Assembly (NCBI GenBank): GCA_964016885.1
Contig: OZ024740.1
Location: forward strand, 90,024,001 to 90,088,000
Length of the DNA stretch: 64,000 nucleotides
Reading direction: 5' to 3'
Source: Eledone cirrhosa
Lineage: Eukaryota
Position 1 is the first letter of the stretch; each line of letters starts with the position of its first letter. Below the pieces are notes generated by a model that saw only the letters and a program-made list of their open reading frames with translations, was not told the origin of the DNA and ran no database searches. A program made the translations under genes and the position numbers. Shown piece by piece: positions 12,919 to 25,440 of this stretch.

Positions 12919-12972
12919 TAAAAAAATAATGAATAAAACAATGAAACAGTTCCTTATATTAAACAAAAAAAG

Positions 12973-13125
12973 TTCATTATTTAACGATCGTTTCTAGGAC
13001 ATATATATGTTAGAATTGGCATGCATATTCAACAGATCTATGTACAAAATTATACAAAATTATACAAACTATCAAATTTAATATACATACCAACACATAC
13101 ATATGCCGTCTTCAGAAATAATGAA
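12973..13125 (-). ncRNA. Type I hammerhead ribozyme with very long stem II domain
   Basis: Minus strand: ttcattattt-CTGAAGA-(~110 nt, ggcatatgtatgtgttgg...ctaacatatatatgtcc)-GAAA-cgatcg-TT-aaataatgaa. Confidence 0.82.
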
Positions 13126-14221
13126 ATATATTTATTGATAATAACAACAATTCAAAATTACAGGTCTGTTTGGGAACAGAGTTCAAATTGACCAATGAAA
13201 TACACAAAAATATATCCAGAAAATACTGTTAGGTGTGTGTATATATGTAAGTAACTTCGTTCACAGATATGCATACAAATATATGTTCACATGCATACGC
13301 ATGTCGAAAAAATGTATGTAAATACAAAAATTCAGGGCTAATGTCTCTGTATGTTTATAATCTACAGATAAAATACATATACGTATATAAACATATATAC
13401 AATGTCTATGTATTTATATGTGTATATGTATGTGTCTCTATATATATGTGTGTGTATATGTATGCATATATATGTGTGTATATATATATATATATGTATG
13501 TATATATATATATATGTATACCGATGTGTATTTTATATTTTACTTGTTTATATATATATATATATATATATCTTTAATATTTTTATTTTTATTTCTAAAT
13601 TTATAGATACATTTTATAAATGGGCAGGTTGTCTGACACCCGTACTAATTACTGAAACCCTCACCTACTTTCTGTATCTGGATCTAAATATATGTGGCAG
13701 TGCTTATGTGCGCGCCTTAATGTCCATATGCTTATGATAATAATATATACACATATATGTGTGTGTGTGTGTGTGTGGGTGTGTGTGTGTGTATGTTCGT
13801 GGTTATGTGTATGTTTATGCGTATATGCGCGTGTGTGTGTGAATGTATGTATATGTGTGTATATATGAATGTATATATGTTTATATACGTATATGTATTT
13901 TATCTGTAGATTATAAACATACAGAGACATTAGCCCTGAATTTCTGTATTTACATACATTTTTTCGACATGCGTATGCATGTGAACATATATTTTTATGC
14001 ATATCTGTGAACGAAGTTACTTACATATATACACACACCTAAGTGTATTTTCTGGATATATTGTTGTGTATTTCATTGGTCAGTGAACGAAGTTATTTAC
14101 ATATATACACACACCTAACTGTATTTTCTGGATATATTTTTGTGTATTTCATTGGTCAATTTGAACTCTGTTCCCAAACAGACCTGTAATTTTGAATTGT
14201 TGTTATTATCAATAAATATAT

Positions 14222-14373
14222 TTCATTATTTCTGAAGACGGCATATGTATGTGTTGGTATGTATATTAATTTGATAGTTTGTATAATTTTGTATAATTTT
14301 GTCCATAGATCTGTTGAATATGCATGTCAATTCTAACACATATATGTCCTAGAAGCGATCGTTAAATAATGAA
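14222..14373 (+). ncRNA. Second copy of the long-stem-II hammerhead (GAAG instead of GAAA)
   Basis: ttcattattt-CTGAAGA...GAAG-cgatcg-TT-aaataatgaa. Confidence 0.75.
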
Positions 14374-14567
14374 CTTTTTTTGTTTAATATAAGGAACTGT
14401 TTCATTGTTTTATTCATTATTTTTTTAATATTTTATCTTGACTCTGTATTCCGTTTATCTTTCACCGAAAGTGATTTTTTAATGCATCTCTTCTTTCCAT
14501 GATATCCGGATTACATTGAGTTCTTCATACGGATTGGACACTACCGTAAACTCTTGGTAGATTTATC

Positions 14568-14605
<38 letters not shown>

Positions 14606-14911
14606 AACGTTTTATTTAAAATTGTTGGGTTACAACGAGTAAATATTTTATAACTGATATAAAGCACTCAACAAGTTTTGGAGTAGATATACGATATTAA
14701 ACAAATATGGTTTTATAAATATAGTTTCCATTTGTTTAATATCGTATATATATATATATATATATTGTTATACTTTGGGAGGGTCATGTTGCCAATAAGA
14801 AACACACGCACCAGTTGCTTTCAATTCAATTTATTATATATTTATAAATTTATAAATTTATAAATTTCTGGTTGGTTGGTTGGTTCCACAACCAGATAGT
14901 TGTTTATATAT

Positions 14912-14956
14912 AGTCATAGTTCTTTCGTCACGCACTCTGTGACCTCTTCAGTGACT
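14912..14956 (-). ncRNA. Minimal hammerhead in PLE pLTR
   Basis: Minus strand: agtca-CTGAAGA-g gtcac/gtgac-GAAA-gaac-TA-tgact. Confidence 0.82.
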
Positions 14957-15683
14957 GGGGATTCCTTTCTTTGTTTCTCTGCCTCTCCTTTGTTCTGTCC
15001 TACGCCATTTTGTTTCTGTGAGTGTGTTGTGTGCTCAGTCTGCGCATGCGCCACATCCGGGTGTCTGTGTGTGTTTATGTTCATTTATTTATTTGTTTAT
15101 TTACATTTATTTACACTGGTTGGTTGTTTGTTTTATGTGTGTGTGTGTATTCATTTTGTCCTTAATTGTAAGTTGTGATGTTGCTGTTCCACTCATATTT
15201 TCTATTTAATTTTGGTTGTAATTCATTTATGTTTATTGCCTCTGTAATTTGTCTAAAGATTGCGTCTTTTCTGTGTGTAGATTCTATTTTTATTTCTATG
15301 TTCTCTAATTTACCCTTGTGTTCTATCTTAGCATGTTGGTAGAGTACAGATGATTCTTTATTATCTTGAAGGTCTCGCCAGTGTTCATTTATCCGTTCCC
15401 CTACACTACGAGCTGTCTCACCTATGTACACTATATTTTTGTCTCTACATTGTCATTCAGTACATCTTAAGCTATACACTACATTTCTAGTTTTACAGTT
15501 AATATGGGGGCTTATTTTACAGGTTATACATTTCTTATCTATACATGAGGGTCTTTGAAAAGGGTCTTGCTAATAAGTGTTTTTACGGAGGTACTTGGTC
15601 TTTCTACTATCTTAATATTGAGTTTAGTTTAAGCAACTGGTGCGTGTGAAAGCAACTGGTGCGTGTGTTTCTTATTGGCAACG

Positions 15684-17280
15684 TGACCCTCCCAAAGTAT
15701 AACAATATCGGTTTCAACACACGATTTCAGATAAAGAATCTTGCTAAACAAATTCAGAAACGAAATATCGTAAGCCTTAGCCAGGCTAACAAGATACTGA
15801 AAACCACCTTGTTCTGTTGTCTACGAAAAACCATAACATCTCGACAACTACACTTCATAAAACAATGTGCCTCATCCAGAGTTTACACCAACACCATCAA
15901 CACCGACGTTAGAAGATTACAACTCACCAAAAAACAAGCAGATGTGGTAGGGGCCAGCATAAAACTAACCCTTAAGGAACATATGTTCAAATTTAATGGA
16001 AAAACATATGCCCAAGAGGAAGGAGCAGCCATTGGTGTTAGCATTGCCGTCGACATAGCTAACTTATTCATGGTATGGTGGGACAGTAGACTTAAACTTA
16101 AACTTAAAGAACAATTAGAAGACCCCTTAACCCTGATAATGTACTCCCGCTACGTAGATGATATACACATCGTAGTTAAGACACCCCCACTAGAGAACAG
16201 TCAGGAACTAGAGAAAAACACAATGGAAAGCATCCAGCAAATAGCAAACTCCATCCACCAGAGCATTAGAGTTACTATAGACTACCCAAGTAAACACCCC
16301 AACCATCGATTACCTGTACTAGACACAGAGCTCTGGTTAGATACCATTAACAACAAAAAAACAAATCCTCCATTCCCATTATGCCAAACCCATGACTTCC
16401 AAACATCTGATCCACCGAAACTCGGCCATTTCGGACCATACCAAAATCAACATACTGATTGCGGATTTGGCACGTGTGATGAGAAATGTGTCCCGCATGT
16501 TCAACCCCGAAGAACTAGAGAGACAGATACAACACTTCATCCACCGTATACAGTTCTCTGGCTACAATTAGAGAGATAAAATCAGAGTGTATATAGGAGC
16601 CAGGACAAATTGGGAAAAAATGGTAAATAATGACATAAATGGGACCTGCCACTTGTATAGGAGCAAATTGTTGAATAGAATAGAAAGAACTAGGAACAAG
16701 GCTAATAGAATAAACTCATGGTATGATAGCAATAAATACCATAGTGTAATGTTCATCAATACAACCCCTAGAGGTGAATTAGCTTACAAATTTAGAAGGG
16801 CCCTAAATAAACATAAACTCAATATTAAGATAGTAGAAAGACCAGGTACCTCCGTAAAACACTTATTAGCAAGACATACCCTTTTCAAAGACCCTCATGT
16901 ATAGATAAGTAATGTATAACCTGTAAAATAAGCCCCCATATTAACTGTAAAACTAGAAATGTAGTGTACAGCATAAGATGAACTGAGGGACAATGTAGAG
17001 ACAAAAATATAGTGTACATAGGTGAGACAGCTCGTAGTGTAGGGGAACGGATAAATGAACACTGGTGAGACCTTCAAGATAATAAAGAATCATCTGTACT
17101 CTACCAACATGCTAATATAGAACACAAGGGTAAATTAGAGAACATAGAAATAAAAATAGAATCTACACACAGAAAAGACGCAATGTTTAGACAAATTACA
17201 GAGGCAATAAACATAAAAGAATTACAACCAAAATTAAATAGAAAATATGAGTGGAACAGCAACATCACAACTTACAATTA
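15684..17280 (+). pseudogene. PLE RT/GIY-YIG ORF remnant
   Basis: ORFs 15659-16579 and 16587-16904 plus downstream frames; frameshift at A-run ~16355; N-terminus joined to RT at ~15940. Confidence 0.88.
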
Positions 17281-17481
17281 AGGACAAAATGAAAACACAC
17301 ACACACATAGAACAAACAACCAACCAGTAACATGTAAATAAACAAATAAATAAATGAACATAAACACACACAGACACCCGGATGTGGCGCATGCGCAGAC
17401 TGAGCACACAACACACACACAGAAACAAAATGGCGTAGGACAGAACAAAGGAGAGGCAGAGAAACAAAGAAAGGAATCCCC

Positions 17482-17526
17482 AGTCACTTAAGAGGTCACA
17501 ACGTGCGTGACGAAAAAACTATGACT
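17482..17526 (+). ncRNA. Degenerate hammerhead in PLE pLTR (core CTTAAGA)
   Basis: agtca-CTTAAGA-ggtcac/gtgac-GAAA-aaac-TA-tgact. Confidence 0.7.
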
Positions 17527-17733
17527 ATATATAAACAACTATCTGGTTGTGGAACCAACCAACCAACCAACCAGAAATTTATAAATTTATAAATTTATAA
17601 ATATATAATAAATTGAATTGAAACAACTGGTGCGTGTGTTTCTTATTGGCAACATGACCCTCCAAAAGTATAACAATATTGGTTTCAACACACGATTTCA
17701 GATAAAGAATCATGCTAAACTAATTCAGAAACG

Positions 17734-17854
<121 letters not shown>

Positions 17855-17949
17855 TATGTGTGTGTGTGTGTTAGTGTGTGTGTGTGTGTGTATGTGTGTG
17901 AGTGTGTGTGTATGTGTGTGTGTGCGTGTGTGTATGTGTGTGTGATTGA

Positions 17950-20830
17950 CAATCTGCCGACTTTTTCATAACAGATGTCAAGAATGGTATATATGCGTCC
18001 GGTGTTTTATAATAATAAACAAGAAAAGCGAAACTCGTGGTGGTTTGTACCGAGATGGCGCTCTTTCCACGTTAATGAACCAAAACAATAGTGCCCTAAA
18101 TAGGAATAAGAAAATAATCTTAGATATTTTCAACAATTACTTTCTTAGGTTAGAAATAGGAAAAACAATAGAAAAGCCAACTTCCTAGACACAATGTTAA
18201 CCTCGATTCAGGCCTATACCGTACCATAAACCATACCAGACCATACCCTAAATGAACATCTCAATTACGTTAGCTATAAGTCAAACCGCCATAGAAACAT
18301 TAAGAAGGCCATAGTCGAAATTGTAGAACAGAGAATCTCTAGACTCTCAGCTAACAGGGAAATCTTGGATACTAAGGCTAGATTCAATAATATTGCATTG
18401 GCTAGAGTTGGTTACCAGAATAAAATTGAGTACATATATATAGATAAAAATAGCTACACACCCTCTCATAGAAATAAACAAATCATAGACAAAAACACTA
18501 ACATACACACAATAAATGGCAAACAAAATAATAAGGGTACTTGAAACCCCCAAAATAGATTTAGCACAAATCAGGTTTCAAATAGATATAACTCAAACAC
18601 CACCAAAACGTTACTTAAAAGAGGGTTAAATCCCGCTCCATTCTGTGATATAATCCACCCCACTCCCTTGAAATTCAAAATAACATACCTTGGATTTTCT
18701 TTAACGCATTAGATAGGTGTTTTCCTAGATCACATGAATACAGTCACATTTTTAACAGACACACATTCAAACTTTCTTACTCGACTACAAAATCATGGCC
18801 TAGGATATGGCAAACATTAACAATAGAGATCTGGGAATTAAACATAGGGAAAGTAGCAAAGAAAAACACAGGTAGAGTAAACAGCAACTCGAATAACAGG
18901 GATAACACAATTAACATAGATGAGATGAAACTACGGACACACAGACAGAGGGAAGGAACGACGAATAATAATGTAAATAACTGCAACTGTAGAAATCGTA
19001 ATATTTACCCATTGACTTAAAACTCTTTAGAGGATAATATTGTTTCTGAATGCGAAGTAAAAGCAGGCAATAATTATTATAGTTATATTGGTGCAACTTC
19101 CACTAGATTTAAGGAACGGTGGTACAACCATCACCACAACAGATCTAGTACGGCCCGGTCGGAACTGATTTGGTCGTTGAAAAATAAACAAGTTGAATTC
19201 TCCCTTTCTTGGCAAAAACTCTCACCCGCTTTTCCATACATTAATTGATCTATATCTAAGGGGTGTGACCTATGTACCACAGAGACTCTCCAAATCATAA
19301 ATAGTAGACATAAAGTTATAAATAAACGGTAAGAAGTTCTTCTATTCACAAAATGATCAATACATTTCATAGAGTATTCAATTAAAACTTAAATAAGGTT
19401 AAATAGAGTAATTCAAAATAAGTAATTCAACATTTATTAATATATAGATACAGTATAACTAAGTACAAATATCTAACATTAGAAATAGTATCTAAGTGAA
19501 TTGAATCTAGCATAAAACAGAAAAAAAATAGACTAACAGTTCATACATACTACACTTAGAATTTAATAACCAATCTGGTAACTTGATACCCTAGCCAGTT
19601 CACAAACAGCAGCACCAACTGAAACATTCCTCTCCCACCCATAACAGAACTACTACTGGAAATTATTTCGGACATATGCTCACCGGTCGACAAAGAGAAT
19701 AACTCGTGGGACCGGCAACCTATCAACGTATATTTACAACTCGTATGGATTTTTGGTCTGAAGTGTACACGTAGGGCCGTTGTTATAGAAACACGTACGA
19801 TTTGCATTAACCATCATTTATGGATAAACTTTCAAACTCTAAGTTAAGATGGAGTTATTTATACTTAAGCACATATGACGTCCTGCCCTCTATTCAAATA
19901 TGGGTTTTTTTTTACCGATGATAACACTTAATCTATGTTGGATTTTTACTTTGCTGATTATATTTACTCAACACCTAAACTATATAACACATTAAATTTA
20001 ACACATTGACATTTATTTCCCTGAGCATACTTATTCAACATTATTAACTTTGAATTCTGAGTTCAAATCTCGCCGAGGTAAACTTTGCCTTTCATCCTTA
20101 CGGGGTCGATAAAATAAAGTACCAGTAATACACTGGGTAATTGCTGGCCTTGTGCCTAATGTAGAAATAATTATTAACTTTGAATTCAAATCCCGCTGAG
20201 GTTAACTTTGCCTTTCGTCATTCCGGGGTCGATAAAATAAAGTACCAGTAATACACTGGAATAATTGCTGGCATTGTGCCAAAAGTTGAAACAATTATTA
20301 ACTTTGAATAGTTTGAAAAATAATGGTTTATTTTTCTGACTGAATTACGCAGTCAAATCTTTTATACCCATTATTAAAATCATCATTTGGAGATGTATTT
20401 TCATATTTTCAAAACTGCATTTGCACTGCACACCTGCTCTTATTAACTTTATAAATGTTTGTAATGCTTATGATATATATTAATTTACTCATTATGATAT
20501 ATGCCCTGCACTATAATTAACCTTTCTATAGCAACATGTTTTTTTTTACTTTTAATGCTTTTAACTGCTCCAAATTTTATTGCATTCATATGCTAATATT
20601 TTTCAGATGCTTTTTCCGCTTTTGCTATATTTTTTTATATAAATATTGATACTCATGCTTACTTCCCATATTATGTATCCACCTAATGTTCTTAAGACAA
20701 ACTTCTGATATTATATTTGGGTTTTCACTTTTATTATATACTCCGGTGAAGCCGGCCTTGTCCTATGATGAAACAATCGTAAGTGATTAAATGTTTCAAA
20801 CATTCTTTGATTGTTTTTTATAATGTATTG
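17950..20830 (+). mobile_element. Old Penelope-like element remnant with long 3' region
   Basis: GGLYRDG (YRDD-like), NFLD, LNYVSYKSN..RISRLS, CNCRN..., YIGATSTRFKERWYNH; degenerate HHR-like motif ~20737-20785. Confidence 0.75.
20056..20293 (+). mobile_element. Two head-to-tail 5'-truncated SINE copies
   Basis: Same core as 5121-5299; attattaactttgaat occurs before, between and after the copies. Confidence 0.88.
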
Positions 20831-20833
20831 ATA

Positions 20834-20879
<46 letters not shown>

Positions 20880-21074
20880 CACACACGGTAGTGTGTGAAT
20901 AATATTCTTACAGTCAACTTTTTCCCAACGACAGCCATTTCTAGGACTTGTCACTAATTTAGTTCTCGACCAAATTTGATCAGGTTTCGTGCACTAGAAT
21001 GGACTCATCCCCGGCTACATTTTGGTATGATGAAATTGAAATTTGGGTCAGTAGAAAAAAGTTTCCCTTAATTA

Positions 21075-22253
21075 TAATTATTCACAAAAGGCTTGATGAT
21101 ATTTTGGGAAATCCCCCCAAATGGCATATCCTTTTGGAAAAATGAATCTTCTTTTGTTTGGTGATTTGATGCAATTGCCACTTGTAAATGAAAAACCAGT
21201 ATTTTCTAGAATTTCATCATATGATGCCAAAAGAACAGAAATCGGCATTAGTTTCAATATGATGAGCTAACCATTAATATGAGACAAAAAGAAGACAAAG
21301 ACAACTATGTTGATATTTTGGGAAGAATTAGGATTGGTTCCCCATCAGACTCTGATATTAGCATTCTTCAAAAAAGATGCCTCTTTCCTGATAGAAAGGC
21401 ATTTGTTGAAGAAATTGCTAATAATTGATTGAATTGTATTCTATTCCTGAATTAAAATGTGTATGCATTTTACCTTTGAATGAAGCTGTTGATGAGTTGA
21501 CTAATGAAATTATTAAAATAATGCAACATAAATGCAGTCAAACTTGCTGCAAAAGATTCTGGTATGAGACAAGTAAATGGAAGAAAAAAGAAAAATGTTG
21601 AAAAAGGCAAAAACAAGATAACTTCTGATACTGCTGGACTTGAAACTTTGCTAAATGTTGGAATTGGAGCAAGAGTGATGTTGAAACGAAGCATTGATGT
21701 AGATCAAGGCTTATGCAATGGTGTTATTGGAACAGTTATTGAATTAATTGGGAATGGAAGCAATGATGACAACATTTTGGTGTATTTTGATACCAAAAAG
21801 GACAAACCCATTTCCATTGGAAGAGTTCAAGCAGACTATGAAATTTCTCCTGGTGTTTCTGTCACCAGAACACAATTTCCATTGTCTCTTTCTTACTCTA
21901 TAACAATTCACAAATCACAAGGAATTTCTGTGGATGGAATAATTGCTGATTTAGGAAATCAGATATGTTCTGATGGTCAAGCTTATGTGGCTCTTTTAAG
22001 AGCCAGAACACTTTACGATGTGTATCTCTGTGACTTTGATCCAAGATCATTGATCATGGTTCACAAATCTGCATGGGAAGAGTACAACAAACTACGGGCT
22101 AGTACGGGAAGAGCAGATTTGCCTCCTTTGCCACCTTGCAGGAAAAATCATCATTGCATGGCAAATGTTTCTAGCATGCCCAAGAAAAGAACTAAAAGAT
22201 TTAATTTGGAAGAAAATTCAAACCAACCTGCCAAAAAAGAAGAGAAGAAATGA
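21075..22253 (+). pseudogene. PIF1-family (SF1B) helicase C-terminal half
   Basis: PFGKMNLLLFGDLMQLP, LTINMRQ, GARVMLKRSIDVDQGLCNG, RTQFPLSLSYSITIHKSQG, GQAYVAL. Confidence 0.93.
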
Positions 22254-22284
22254 AAACAGCCAAACTTGAATCCCTAAACATCAA

Positions 22285-23130
22285 TTGATCAATCAAAGAA
22301 ATGCTTGTTTTGCAAATGCAGTTGTGCAATCACTGAATCAATTGCCTGAATGTGTAGAGTATTTGCATAATTTTAACAACATGAATGGAGTACATCAATA
22401 ATTAAGCAATATCATTTTTAATAATCATAATAATGTCTCTAATTTAAGAAGAATAATTGGAGGAAGATTTCATGATGGAAATCATCAATGTGCTCATGAA
22501 TTTTGGAAAGAACTCTCTCTACATTTGGACTTGGTATTTAGAGAAAAACTTCAATTTATTCAAACTGATCATACTAGATGCATCCGATTGCATCAAACAA
22601 ATTGCCAAGCTTTAAATAACAATGTTTTCAATTGTAATTCAAGACCTGGATGTGGTATAGAATCTGAACTTCCGTTTCAAATAAAAGAGGATTTGATATT
22701 AAATCCTATTAATGGCATACAACAATTTAAATCTCTACTTTCAACAACAAATACTTTGACTAAATACTGTGATACTTGTTCTTAAAATACTGAGCATCAA
22801 ATAATTTCAAGGATTGAATTTACTAACGATTTCAAATATCTTGTCATCTCAATTAGTAGAATTCTGCTTAATAATGAAGGAGAACAAAGAATTAATTGTG
22901 ATATTATGAACTTTAGCTAAAAAAAGCAGCAAATATATGGCACACATTTCACTTTAAAAGCTGCTATTCTTCATGAAGGAGTATCATCTACGGCAGGCCA
23001 TTATACTTGTATAGTAAAAAGTGGTGCTGAAAATTGGGATGAAATTAGTGACAACATTATCAAAAAAAGGCACAATAAAGTTCCTCCTAAGTTACCCAAT
23101 GTGGTTGTATTGTTTATGGAAAAAATTTAG
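22285..23130 (+). pseudogene. Ubiquitin-specific protease (peptidase C19) domain with 3 in-frame stops
   Basis: Frame +1: LINQRNACFANAVVQSL (Cys box), HQCAHEF, CDTC, KYLVISISR, LKAAILHEGVSSTAGHYTCIV...WDEISD (His/Asp box), VVVLFMEKI*. Confidence 0.88.
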
Positions 23131-23139
23131 ATTTTTGAT

Positions 23140-23392
23140 TTTGGACTATTGATCTTGGACGACCAACTTATAATTAGGACTACTGTTAATTCTGGACTAC
23201 TTCATTTTGGTTTGGACTACTTGCTGATTACTTTGGACTAAATGCTGATTCTGGACTACTTAATTTTATTTTTGACTACTTGCTGCTTATTTTGGACTAA
23301 ATGCTGATTTTCGACTGCATAATTTTATTTTGGACTAAATGCTAATTCTGGACTACTTAATTTCATTTTGGACTAACTGCTAATTATGGACA
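23140..23392 (+). repeat. Degenerate minisatellite (ttttggact-based units) in the Helentron 3' region
   Basis: More than 12 repeats of tggacta / ctggactact / aaatgctgatt. Confidence 0.8.
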
Positions 23393-23924
23393 AATTATTG
23401 TTGAATTTGAGATCACTGTTTATTGGCATTTTATTTATTTACTACTTAATTTTATTTATTTTTGACTCAGTTATTCTAATTGCTTGTTTTTCTAGCATCT
23501 TTAATAGATGTTAAGTTAAACTCTAAATTGATCATTAGCGTATAGTCAATTATAGCTTTGTCTCTATGGGCACACCTGAAGGCTTGTAGTAAGTGTGTTC
23601 AGAAAAGGCAAATGTCCCTATTGATTATATTCTACAAAATATCTTTTCAATTTTAATATTTTGTATTTTATAGAAATATTGAAATGAAAAATTAATTTGT
23701 ATTGATGAAAAAAGGATTGTAAATGCCTTAGCAAATGGTCAATGTAATTTAAATAAAATAATTTGCTGCAATGTCTTAAAAAAAGGGGGACTAGACCGAA
23801 AGATGCGGGCGCATGTGTATTAATATTCTTAAATAATAATAAACCTGGAAAAGTACAGGACAAATAGAATTAACTCTTAAAATTTTGAAGCTGGAATTTG
23901 AAGTTTGAATTTGATCTTAGAATA

Positions 23925-24490
23925 TGTGGCTTTCTTTGAGCTCGCTGACTCCATATTCACCAACTGAAGTCCCTGGCGCTTGGTTTCCGTTCCCTACTAA
24001 GAGTTCCCTGTCTCATTACCCGAGATGTTTCTCCCGAGCATATCTGGTTCAGTTTCAAGACGCTCAAGGATCTCCTATCACACCTGAGTGCGTCGCAAAA
24101 TCTGGTCTTCGTCCGCCAGCTTCGACACCATCTCCACGCAGATCTTTCGTATGCGCTGTCTTGGTATATGACCAGCACACATTCGAAAAGCAACCGACGA
24201 ACGCCATGTTCCACATGCGTCACGTAATCAACTTTAGCCTCAACTCTACTCATTGAAGGATTTCCTCTCCTTGGGTCGACTTCAACGTTCTCGCATCCCC
24301 CGTTGACACTTATTTGCATCTCAAATACCCTGAGAGCGATTTGATATCATTTTCGTAAACTCACTTCAGCTTACAGTTAACAAAGGCACGTAAATAAAGA
24401 TAATATAAATGCAGAGAGACGAGGCCATAATTATACACTGCATGGATATTCCGTCACAAGTTGTCGCAAACCGATAATATCTATCCCACA
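23925..24490 (+). mobile_element. Possible solo LTR
   Basis: GC-richer island bounded by TGTGG...CCACA, AATAAA at ~24393, flanks aata/tata. Confidence 0.35.
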
Positions 24491-24538
24491 TATAGCTCAT
24501 ACGGCACACTAAGTCCTTTTACCTTTCTAACACACTTC

Positions 24539-24600
<62 letters not shown>

Positions 24601-24638
24601 GTCTTCCCTTTCTATATATATTTATCTCTCTCTCTCTC

Positions 24639-24805
<167 letters not shown>

Positions 24806-24959
24806 TGTACTTCCATAACAGTTAGTTCACCATTAGCGAGAGCAATTGTTTCACCTTATTCGAATCCCCAGCTCGGTTTTATAATAGATATATTATTGGC
24901 TGTTTAATTTTGTCAATCTGGAGCTTTGTAATTACGTAATAGATATTTCCATATGTGTT

Positions 24960-25440
24960 TAGACAAGTGGTATTACGTAAACGTCTTAGGATATTGATTC
25001 TTTTTTCAATTCACAGCCCACAAGATGGATTCCAATTTCCGTATGGTTTAGACTTAGTAATAAATTTCCACTGGAGAGAGTAATCTATGCCTGTGTCCTT
25101 GAAGGACCATACGTGGCTCGCGAGCTTCGTAGATGATCGTTTGTCCGCGTATCTGAATGTCAACCGATGATTAGGGAAGCGTTCCTTAAACCGGCCCTGC
25201 GCCACACCTACATAGGATTTAACCACCTGCTGTTGATTTGGTCTGTTAGAAGTCATCACTGCTTCGTAAATTACAGCATGTGTGTTACATTGTTGTACAA
25301 GGGGACAAGCTTCAGGCATTCGGAAAGAGTATCCTCCGACAAGAGCACCCTCAACAGACACAGGGTGAAACCAGGATACTCCTGTGCTAAGAATATGAAG
25401 GCCTAGATCACCAACAACCCGAAGAGCATCACACCACCAG
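24960..25440 (-). mobile_element. PLE GIY-YIG fragment with 5' inversion
   Basis: Minus 25011-25322 VIYEA..YVGVAQGRFKERF; plus 25335-25440 LNRHRVKPGYSCAKNMKA; same family as 7700-9040. Confidence 0.85.

Larger units (their letters stand above)
12910..14436. mobile_element. ORF-less fold-back element, ~490-bp inverted arms, one hammerhead per arm
   Basis: 12910-13400 is the reverse complement of ~13870-14436; right arm has a ~55-bp duplication; set among (TA)n tracts. Confidence 0.88.
20873..23860 (+). mobile_element. Internally deleted Helentron/Helitron2-like element
   Basis: 5' hairpin attcacacac-ggta-gtgtgtgaat (20877-20900); related gtgtattaatattctt at 23815-23830 followed by cctg..cagg stem-loop; PIF1 helicase inside; Rep domain absent. 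Confidence 0.62.

Noticed and set aside
21564-22253. Host PIF1 gene
   Set aside because: Intronless, N-terminally truncated, frameshifted and bounded by transposon-like termini
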